A DNA stretch of 64,000 nt. Source: Anthoceros angustus (lineage: Eukaryota; Plantae; Anthocerotophyta). The notes under the pieces were generated by a model. That model worked only from the letters and a program-made list of their open reading frames with translations. It searched no databases and was not told where the DNA came from. A program made the position numbers and the translations under genes. Positions 12,101 to 21,487 of the stretch are shown in pieces (the first letter of the stretch is position 1; the number at the start of each line of letters is the position of its first letter). Where the stretch lies: the NCBI GenBank assembly GCA_010909165.1, contig MU008157.1:1062059-1126058 (forward strand), read 5' to 3'.

Positions 12101-13392
12101 ACCCTCCTCCCGGCAGAAGCATTGTGACCAGTAAATGGGTACTAAGGAAGAAGTATAATGCTGATGGGAGTCTTTCCAAGTACAAAGCTAGACTCGTTGC
12201 ACGGGGTTTTACTCAAAAGGATGGCTTAGATTATCAAAAGGAAAGCACTTTCGATCGGTGGTCAAGCTTACCTCCTTGCGGGTCATGCTTGCTTTATCTG
12301 CCATGCACAACTTGCATGTACATCAAATGGATGTGCAAACAGCTTTTCTGAACGGTGTTCTTCGAGAGGAAATTTATTTACAACAACCGGAGGGCTATGT
12401 TAAACCTGAGGAAGCCCACAAAGTATGTAAACTCCACAAGACCCTATATGGTTTAAAACAGTCACCTCGTGGCTGGTACGAAAGATTTCAACTCCATTTG
12501 CTTAGTAAGGGCTTCGTCAAATCCCATGCAGATTCAAGTGTCTTCATAAGAAGACAAGGTTATCATTCACACCAATAGCATCAGTCTTCATCAAGAAAGA
12601 TATGTAATAGACATGCTAGATAAGTATCAGATGCAGCATTGCAAACCTGTCGACACTCCCATGCAAACTGGTGAGAGATTACGTTCCTCTATGTCTCCAA
12701 GCACTCCTGAAATAGAAGAAATGAAGGATATACCCTATAAAGGTGTTGTGGGCAGTATACAACACTTGGTTCAGAATACACGACTTGATATTGCCTATGC
12801 TTGTAATCACACCGCTCAATTTCAAACTTCACAGGAAGCCACATTGGTGGGCAAACGAATTCTTGATATCTTGAGGAAGCAAAACTGGTGCATCACTTAT
12901 ACTGGTGGTGAGGGTGCCCAACACAAGCTTCTAGGATGGACAGACTCAGATTGGGTCGGTGATCCTGACACCAGAAAGTCCACATCAGGCTATGTTTTCA
13001 CTCTCGCTGGAGGTGCTATTAGTTGGAAGTGTAAAAAGCAAGCTTGTGTTGCTCAAAGCTCAGCAGAATCCGAGTATATTGCTGCAGCTGCTGCCGCTAA
13101 GGAAGCCGTTTGGCTTGTTCAACTCCTACAAGATCTCGGGTATCCTCATTCCAGTCCTGTTGAAATTAAGTGTGACAATCAAGCTGCTATCTCTCTTTCT
13201 CGAGATCACGATTTCACGATCGCTCTAAGCACATCCAATTGCGGTATCATTACTTACGAGAGAAGGTGGAATCTCAAGAGCTATTTCTCACTTATGTCCC
13301 GACGTCGGACCAAGCGGATATCCTTACCAAACCCGTGTCGCGCCTGTACTCGAGCACTGCGCGAGCAATCGGGCTTATCCTCTATATCTTGA
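9114..13392 (+). pseudogene. Copia gag-pol polyprotein with stops, frameshifts and an RT deletion
   Basis: Gag IEKLSDSNWHT*SF; zinc knuckle CHYCKKKGHIAPDC (9839-9880); PR WLLDSGCTEHMT; LWHLRLSH and CPGC; IN VHADLCGP, LDDYS, RSDN, AERRNR; RT KARLVARGF, MDVQTAFLNG, LYGLKQ; RH DSDWVGD, SSAESEY, CDNQAA, ADILTK. Confidence 0.95.
11376..11730 (+). repeat. Tandem duplication in the IN-RT linker (11376-11547 and 11548-11730)
   Basis: Both copies start attcacgaggcctctatggagacg. The left copy is shorter because of small deletions. Confidence 0.9.
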
Positions 13393-13409
13393 GTGCGCTC
13401 ACCCTCCTA

Positions 13410-13423
13410 GGATTACGGGGGTG
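13410..13423 (+). promoter_or_regulatory. Copia polypurine tract (ggattacgggggtg)
   Basis: Directly precedes the 3' LTR TG. Confidence 0.8.
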
Positions 13424-13585
13424 TGTAGATAGTATCAGTTAGTTCTAACCCTAGTTATTTAATCCTAGTTAGGGTTCACGAACCGTTGCGTGCTCCTTGA
13501 GCATTAAGAACCTTTCTGCTGCTCTGAAACATAACATCTTTCAATACAATTTCAGTCTTCGTTACTTCATGAAATACCATTTTTA
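13424..13585 (+). repeat. Copia 3' LTR (TG...TA; terminal CA mutated)
   Basis: Matches the 5' LTR. Confidence 0.96.
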
Positions 13586-13712
13586 TTCCGTACGTTGGGT
13601 TTCGTCCCACGAGACTTGTATGAACGGTCGGATTCTGGGGAATCGATCACTGCTTGCAGCCACACACTACCTCAGCCTTCTAAACAAGCAAGGCACGACT
13701 CTCCCTGAGTCG

Positions 13713-13929
13713 CCACTTACTGCTTCCTCGAAAACTCACCGACCCTCGACCTACAACGACACCATACAATTGTAGGTCATGCCTTGGCAGCAAGGAGTCT
13801 ATCACGGGCGCCCAAGATTTCTGATGCACCACTTACACTGCTTCGAAAACTCACCGACCCTCGACCTACAACGACACCATACAATTGTAGGTCATGCCTT
13901 GGCAGCAAGGAGTCTATCACGGGCGCCCA
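13713..13929. repeat. ~100-bp direct duplication within LTR A (offset ~115 bp)
   Basis: ccacttac...gaaaactcaccgaccctcgacc...cacgggcgccca occurs twice. Confidence 0.85.
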
Positions 13930-14257
13930 GGCCTCCTTGTGTCTTTGGATGCAAAAACCCATTCCACAGGGTCCCTTGGAGACGTCTGATCAATAACGGA
14001 CTGATTCGGGACACTGCCTTCTCATCACAAGAAGGCCGGGAAGATCCCTGGGTGGTCGAGAGCGGAGTGGCCAAGCTCCACGTCTGGAGCGATTAGCGGT
14101 AAGGGCGCTCTATGCATGCCGGAAGGGAAGGATTTTCGCAGAAGACCGGGGTGAGATCGTGGCTGTGCGAATCGCCCGGGTACTGACCAGCTGTTTTCTT
14201 CCTTTTCTTCCCAAACCGCTGCCTAACCGGATTGTGTTTCACTCTAAGATAAGGGTT

Positions 14258-14362
14258 TGTGTGGCCCGGGATAGAGGGGTCTGTGTGGCCCGGGATAGAG
14301 GGGTCTGTGTGGCCCGAGATAGAGGGGTCTGTGTGGCCCGAGATAGAGGGGTCTGTGTGGCC
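14258..14362. repeat. 24-bp minisatellite (tgtgtggcccgrgatagaggggtc x4 plus a partial) in LTR A
   Basis: Read directly from the sequence. Confidence 0.92.
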
Positions 14363-15451
14363 TGCGAGAGGGAGTGGCAAGAGCAGCTTGTGTGTGGGGG
14401 TATTTGAGAATTTGGGGAAGAAGAGAGGGAACGGAGCGAATCAGTGACGGGTGAGGCGCCACGGCATAGGCGGCCGAAGGAGGCGTCTGCCGTGAGTGTT
14501 TGGGGTGGATGCCCACGAAGTGAGTGAGCGTGCGGTAGCGAATGCATGTGAGGCTATAACCCTTAGAACCACGCCAGAGGAATCGGATGCCAAGCGGACT
14601 GACGTGGCAGGGTAAGTGGGTCCCACCGCAGTGGCTGAGTCCGCCACTGTAGTGGCTGATGTCTACCACGGCGGTGGCCGAACTTACCACGGTGGTGGGT
14701 TCGGACATGGTAGTGGGTTGTGGCGGGGTAAGACTAACCGTAGTAGGGATAGAATCCGTAGTTTTGGAACACCTTGACACAAAACCATTCCCTTGGGATC
14801 GAATCCTAGGACTATAACGACATAGAGGATAAGTGTGGTCAACCTCGCGCGCAGATTCGACACACGGAACCTCACACCTGAAATTGTCTATCAAGAGAGA
14901 CACAAAAGGGTCTCTTATACATCCAGCTGTGGATCACCACAGCTCACTTCTCTCCAGTGTCTAGAAAATATGGCCAACTACCACGAGCGCACCTACCAAT
15001 TTAGGTAACTACAGCTCCACAGGTCCTCAAAACATCTTATCCCCTAATCCCAAAAAACCCACAGCCTATGATCACCTTCCCCTAAATCAGTAGCGGCCGC
15101 CTCATGATTCGCCTATACACCGTGGTTCCCTCATCTCTTCTAGGGGGTCCCGCTCGCCTATTGCGTCCATGCATGTTATCCCACTCCTCATCCTTTGGAC
15201 AGCCACAGCATCCTCCTCACGCTCGGCCTCACCGCTCATCTCCTCAAGCACCACTTGCGGGGTAGGCCCATCCGTTCGAAGAAACCAGCAGGTAGGCCGT
15301 GGCGGTTAGGATGTGCCCGGTGGTTTCGCCCCTCTGTCCCAACAACCACATACACATTTAGAGTGAGCACCGCTCACCATGCGAGCGGCAGGACATGAGC
15401 ATCCTCATCCGAATCTTGGTGAGGCGCATTCCCAATTTTGCAGCCTCTTCC

Positions 15452-17200
15452 TCACGGGGTCCTTACCCTCTCCACCCGTGGACAGTCCGGAACTGGCTGC
15501 CTCCAGGAATCCGGGGAAGGGGCATCCCCGCCTGCAGAGCTCCTGTCGGTGGGTTCCGCTACCTCGGTTCCCCCTTCCGCGACGGTGGCCGGTTTAGCCA
15601 CCGTGGTAGTTGCTTCCCCATCGGTGGTTGCTTCAGCTACTGCGGTGGCTGTCGCTCTCCCCTTCTTCGGTTTGCCTGCCTCTCTCTTGACCCTGGCCCT
15701 AGCCTCATCTCTCTCCCGCTTATATCTCCCCGCCAGTTTCTTGAACTTCTCCAGGGGCGCCAACGTCTCCACCTGCTCTTGGACTCGCGAAACTTCATTT
15801 TGGAGCTCCTCAATCGTAGCATGCGCCCCTTTTACTTGATTCACTAGGGCCTCCTGTTGGGTGGACATGGCCCTCAGCTGCTCCTGTGCCTTGCTTAGTG
15901 CCTCCTCACACTCCCGCCTGCGGTCCTCTGCTGCCTTGTTCTCGCTCTCCAATCCCTCCAACTTTTCCTTGAGCAACTTCTCTTGTTGCCCCTGCACACT
16001 CAGCCAAGTGAGAGCCATAGCTGCCTGATCGAGAAGGTCACTTTGAGTCGAGCCATGGCGGCGTCGAACTGCTGATTCCCAATTTGGGCTGTTCCCGTGC
16101 CCATTCCCTTCCACAACAACTCCCACACGCGGGCTGTGTCACTCGCCCCCACTTCAGCTGGACAGGTCAATGAGATATCCCCAAAATTGTCCTTGGGCTC
16201 CATCGCGGGACTTGCTGCCGAAACTAACCCTTCCTCCCCTAGGGGTTGGTCTGCAGCTGCTTCCTCATTCGTACCAAACTCTCCTAGCAGTTGCGATTCG
16301 TCCTCCGCTTTTGACAAGGGGACAACTGCTTCCTTTTGCTTTCCCTCCTTCACCCGCTGCGTCTTGACTAGTGATCCTAGGTGTGGTTGTGGGCTCCTCC
16401 TCTACTGCGGTTGTTCTCCCCTTTTTGGCCGACCCCCGTTCAGTCGTCGCCGCCCTCCTCTTCTTACTCTTGGTAACCTCTCCACCTTCATCCGAATCTT
16501 CTGGTGAGGCGCATTCCCAACTGCTGGAATCCTTCCCTAAGTCCTCCTTGGATTCCTCTTCCTCTATCTTGAGTTCCCTGACCAGTTTCCAGCTATGAAG
16601 GGCAGACACAACCTCCAACTCAGTTAGGCATTCGGAATGCGCAAACACATGAATCAAAAAGGGCGAGATCAAAGAGGGGCGAGGAGAGGGGGAGAGTAAA
16701 TTCGCCCTCTCTTCACAGGCCCGCTCGAAAATCATCCTCCCCCAGTCAATCCGTGTGCCTTTAACCACTTCATGAAGGAAGACCAGGAAGTGGTCCGCCA
16801 TGTGATCCAATTTCCTGTTCTGCAGAAAACACAAAATCCACTTGGCCAATCCCACGAGTTGCACAGACACGAGTTGGCGAGTCACCCATCCATTGTTAAC
16901 CCTCACTTCCCCAGGCTTCATGAGTGCGCCCGCTGCAGCTCTCAGGGTCTTCTTCCTCTGGGGGTCAATTACCAAACTCCCATCCTCCGATTCCTCTCGC
17001 CCATACACAGCTTGGAAGAGCCCCAAGTCCCAATTTTGCAGCCTCTTCCTCATGTCGCCCTCTTGCCACCTGGTCCTCAGTTGGCGGGCGCATTCTTGCA
17101 CCAATGCTGGACTATCGTAGCACCATTTCTTCTCCATGAAGCCCAACCCCAGTTCCTACACAAGGCCGCCAGCTCTAACCTTCCAGTGGTCCGTATTGGG
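15452..17200 (-). pseudogene. Accessory (non gag-pol) ORF of gypsy element A: globular domain, acidic/basic linker and C-terminal coiled coil; broken by frameshifts
   Basis: ORFs 16265-17146, 16000-16353 and 15452-16126 form one decayed reading. The NGW, DWG and SPFLIH motifs are shared with the element B ORF. Confidence 0.65.
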
Positions 17201-17440
17201 CCACTGCGTAGTGGGAATTTCTGCCGCAGCTCGAGGCGCCATTCCTTCCCCTCCTTTGCTGTCCCGTTCGAACGCCTACGGCTCCTCTCCGGACCTCAGT
17301 TCAGAGGGGGGGGGAGAAATTACTCTCCCGCGACCCTCCTGCTCCGCTCCGCCCCGGACTTCCTGCCTCAAAGCCTACCCCGTCGATCGCCTTAAAGCAT
17401 CGGCCTTTCTCTCTGCCGCCCTTGTACTGGCTGGCGTCGC

Positions 17441-17541
17441 CCACTTCTAAGTTCCACGTCGCTCCACTTCTAAGTTCCACGTCGCTCCACTTCTAAGTTC
17501 CACGTCGCTCCACTTCTAAGTTCCACGTCGCTCCACTTCTA
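17441..17541. repeat. 23-bp tandem (ccacttctaagttccacgtcgct x4); also at 25704-25781, 42885-42945 and 44614-44815 (x8)
   Basis: Identical units with no spacers. The single-copy source lies in the 3.65-kb unit (e.g. 50616-50647). Confidence 0.9.
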
Positions 17542-17989
17542 GGTCTTCAAAACCCCGTCGATCGCTCTCTCCTTGAAATTCAGACTCGCGGTCTGCGTGT
17601 GGTCTTCTTCCTCATGTCGCCTTGTTTCAGCCTTTTCTATAGCTCGCCACTAGGGTTGTGAACTCCCCGTCTCACATCGTTTGTTTCGGCCACCGTGGTG
17701 GAGCTGGCCACCTCCCCACTTCTCTGCCCAACTGTTGCCGAATGCAGGGTATTCTTAGCATATATAGACACTTCTTATTTCTAAAATTACCAAGGTCCAA
17801 GGACTCTCTATCTGACCTACATACGTAGGGTCGAAACCCAAGGACCAATTATTAAAAATATTAGTGTCATGGGCCAAGGTCCGTTTCCGTATAAAAGGCC
17901 TTACCCGGACGTTTCCGAAGCATTTCGCTACACTAACACAAAAAAACAAAAAAAATTCATTCAAACTGACAGTTCAGAGAAGGGTTAGT

Positions 17990-18620
17990 GTACATGTGGT
18001 CCTCCACAGACCCCCTGACCCACACCACAATTTCGTCCCTACTTCTAAGACCAATCATCTCCACTCAGGGAGCGCCCTCTTACTTGCAGATTTGGGATTC
18101 GTCCCTTAGGCTCTGCTTATGGCCTTCCACTATTACCTACACTCTAATCCTCTACTCATCATCCACTCATCATCCTCCTCAACGCTCAACTCATTCCTCA
18201 TCCTCCTCCTATTCTAACCTCAATTCAAGCTCACTGGCCCCGGCTCACCCTTACAGCACAACTGCCTGGGGTCCGCCTACAAGCCAGCAAGTTCTTCCTT
18301 GGGCCGGTTGCTATGAGTTTGACACGGCGAGAACCTCCGAGTCTTTCCACATAGTCTACCCTCAAGCCGATAGTTCCTTGGGCATCGCCATACATCCAAA
18401 GCAAAGCAATTTCACAGCAACCATTCACAAGGGGAGCAACTCGTCGAGGCGCTCGCAGGGAGCAAGCCCTCTACTAAGCACTCTGACCACCGCAAACTTC
18501 AGTAGACCAAGGACTCCAGCTAGTAGTGGACAATGGGCAAGGTGTGCGCCGGTTGACCGGCGCACTTCTCCAGGAGTGGATAGGTTGTGCGTTCCGCCAT
18601 GGACCCAAACGGCATAACCT
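17990..18620. mobile_element. LTR-like fragment related to element B LTR sequence
   Basis: Diverged match to 26330-26780 and 55645-56070 (atttcgtccctact..aagacc, gggattcgtcccttaggc, ggttgctatgagtttgacac). Confidence 0.6.
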
Positions 18621-18969
18621 AGTTCATATCCTGAGCACACAAAATGACGATACAGGACAAAAATTGCGATTATGTTAGAGTACATAGGCCTTGTTTTTGC
18701 AAATGGCATGAATGGATTTCCAAACAGCGAAAAAAAAAGCGATATGTAATGACAAGTCAGAGTCAATCAAAGTAAAAAACACCATATCAGCCAAAACCGT
18801 ATCTCTATCCAGATAGATGTTATTTTTTTTATTAGAACACATGATAAGAATGGCGTGTCCGACGCAAGTTCAAACGCATCCACCAGTTTCGGTCCCCGCA
18901 CATTTTCTGAAGATTTGAAGGAATGAATTCAAAGACGATAATATATTTTGCTACGTTCTACTGCGATGC

Positions 18970-19681
18970 TGTCTAATAGTGGATGCCACATTTGTTCAAA
19001 ACCCGCAATAACGTACATGGTTTTCTGGGACACGCGTTTCTATGGATATGATGATGGGAAAGTTTACTGCCTTTTGCCTAGCAGCCCATTTCAACGGAAT
19101 CCGCCGATATTGCACAGACATTGTTCTTTGAGCTTGCAGGGCGAGGGATGAACATGCAGACTTTTGTGTGGACCAGCTACTGTGAAGGAGCACCACATTT
19201 TTATGCATGAGGTGTTTGATCACTGGACCAAGGAAGGTTTCTTGTCGTAAAGAAAGCAAAAGAAGCCTGCGGATTTGCGCAGTTTGAAAGTGTGGCTCTC
19301 TCATTTAAATCAAGAGAAGGGACGATGCTTTGCCATAGGATACCCCAAGGCATTTTATCGATTGTTTGCTTGTTTGCGCACAGGGATACTGGAGTGGGAT
19401 GAGCCAACCTCCGAATGTTGGCATTTTCTCAATGATAATATGGGAGAGTTCTTGCAATGAAAAAGCAATATTATGTAGACGGTTTGAACGGCCCGCAATT
19501 GCCTAGGGTCAAAAATGAGCTTGATAGTGCTGAGGAAGAGGAGATGATGGCTCGACATCGAGCAGGAGAGCGGGCACGACTGGGAAAGGCACAAGTGAAT
19601 GAGTATTTCGACCCGGAAGATCGACGTGTGGCAGCAATATTGGCCACAGGAAGGGCAGAGCATGACAAACCATCAATCTGA
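18970..19681 (+). pseudogene. Degenerate Mutator-like (MULE) DDE transposase fragment
   Basis: Across frameshifts: LIVDAT-FKT (18982), LLPFA*..STES (W to TAG at 19079), TFVWTS, and SECWH (19413). These resemble MULE D..D..E motifs; judged by eye only. Confidence 0.4.
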
Positions 19682-20736
19682 ATCTCAACTTCGAGACAAC
19701 ATGTTTAGGAGGTTTTATTGACGGTTTTACAGCATCTCAATGTCAAAAGTGGTGCTTCAACCCTGGCGGTGTGTAAGGTTGTAGCCCGAACTTTGGTAGG
19801 GGGGTCATTGGCGGCTGTTAATCTTGGTTTCTTGATGTGCTACATAATCAGTTGTGGCGGCTGTAGCTACTGATCATGCTCTCCATGTGAGTCCATGACT
19901 AATTTTGAGTTACTGCAGTACAGGACTTGTGACATTTGGCTAGCTTAGTGTGACTGCTCTGACTATGGCGTGACGGGCTCAAGTGTGTATGTCTGTGTTT
20001 TGAGGCACTCGCGAATTTTGTCGTTGTAAACTTCCCAACTCGGATAAATGTGTGAACGTGTCCAGACAGATAGATGTGGTTTGATTGGCTCTTGTTATAA
20101 ACTCTGTAATGGGAAATAAATGCCAACATGCTAACTATTTTTGAACTCAGTAAGGCTTCTTGACCGCAATAAGGCCACCTTAATTGCAAGGCTTTTTCTA
20201 AAACCTTAGACTTTAAACCTTCGAACTTCAAAAAATATATTAATAATATATGTTATGGTATGTATATGTATATAATATTTTTCTCAAAGTTTCGGTCATG
20301 AACAGCATAATGCCATATATGTCTTTCTAGCTACATACGTATTTCATTCTGTTGGCTTTGCTTAAATTCCAAGCAAACTAATCTATTTAAGGTGGTTACT
20401 TATAGATGAAATAAGCCTCTATATATAAGTATGAAACCATGCATGGAAGTAGGAAATATTGTTTATCAAAGTAACTTAAAGGGTTAGAGGTAACAAGGCT
20501 TTGCTTAGATTCTAAGCAAACTAGTATGTTTAAGGCAGTTACTTAGAGGTGAAGTAGGCCTCCGTATATAAAGGATGTGGCTGGCCCTAAAAAGGTATTC
20601 CCTAGCACTTATTGGAAAAACTTGAGATGCCTATGATTCAACATTTCTTCAAGAAATAACTTATTGCATATATATGTCCGTGTAGCTACGTAAAGTTTTC
20701 TTCAAGAAACAATAGATTTTTTAGGACTCAAAACAA

Positions 20737-21487
20737 ATGGAAACGAGCACACAATTACCGGATATATACACCATTTTACAACATAATGGACTTGAAACAA
20801 GTGAAGATTTCCGATACATTATAGGCGACTGTTTATTCGACTCCATTGCATATATATTGGATGGAACAATAACATCTGCGGAACTGCGAATCAAAGCAAT
20901 GTCGCAATTGGAAAGAAGCATAGAAGAAAAGAAAATAATTCTACAACATCTTTATATGTAGCTACACGGACATATATATTGGATGGAACAATAACATATA
21001 TTCAGGTGAGGTCCTGGTTGTCATCCGTGGACCAAATATCAGAAATATCAAACAATATATATATAATATGAAATTTCCAGCAAAGTTAAACGGCTTATGG
21101 GGTGATGCAACTGCCATCCAATGGTTAAGTGTAGCCTTGAGGAGAAGGATCTTCGTATGGTCGATGCAAAGCAAAAAGTTGATGTGTAAATATGATATGT
21201 CTGACTCTTCAACGTCAAGACCTTTAAGTATTCTATTTGATGCAGAGAGAGAACATTATGAACCTCTCATCCAACTTAAAAGAGTGTCAAAGTTGGACTC
21301 CACTTCAACCAAGGGCAACGCATTTGAAATCCATGACAAAACAAAGAAAAGAAAAATAATTTCTACAACATCTTTATATTTGAAGACCTTATGTAAACCA
21401 ATGGTTAGAACAAATCTTAGTAAAAATTCTATATTCAAAACTTTTAAAGAACGCAAGTATATTAAAAACAATTGTGAAAGACAATAG
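20737..21487 (+). pseudogene. OTU-like cysteine protease (deubiquitinase-fold) domain followed by a Lys-rich linker
   Basis: GDCLFDSIAY (Cys codon 20830), LWGDATAIQWLSVALRRRIFVW and HYEPL (His codon 21254) match OTU Cys-box, WG and His-box spacing. The middle of the domain is recoverable from 46965-47204. Confidence 0.75.

Larger units (their letters stand above)
8424..13585 (+). mobile_element. Full-length Ty1/copia LTR retrotransposon (5162 bp), coding region decayed
   Basis: Paired 162-bp LTRs, PBS and PPT, TSD tttcg/ttccg (8419-8423, 13586-13590), and domain order gag-PR-IN-RT-RH. Confidence 0.97.
8354..14941 (-). mobile_element. 3' LTR (~1.42 kb without the copia) of gypsy-type element A, interrupted by the copia element
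   Basis: Termini are TGTGG (8354) and CCACA (14941), a 5-bp inverted repeat. A purine tract GGAGAGAAGTGAGC abuts 14941 on the minus strand. The halves flanking the copia match a related uninterrupted sequence at 25565-25670 (ccacacttat.ccac...gttgggtttcgtccc). Confidence 0.7.

Noticed and set aside
8424-13424. Copia LTR starts exactly 5000 bp apart
   Set aside because: The element has indels and a duplication; the round number is most simply coincidence.
17441-17541. 23-bp identical repeats as a CRISPR array (also 44614-44815)
   Set aside because: There are no spacers and no cas genes, the context is eukaryotic, and the repeats are explained as a loop on a duplicated 9-mer.
19100-19250. KDZ-transposase-like GEG...HW motif
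   Set aside because: Too weak; another frame fits MULE motifs better, and neither is confirmed without an HMM search.
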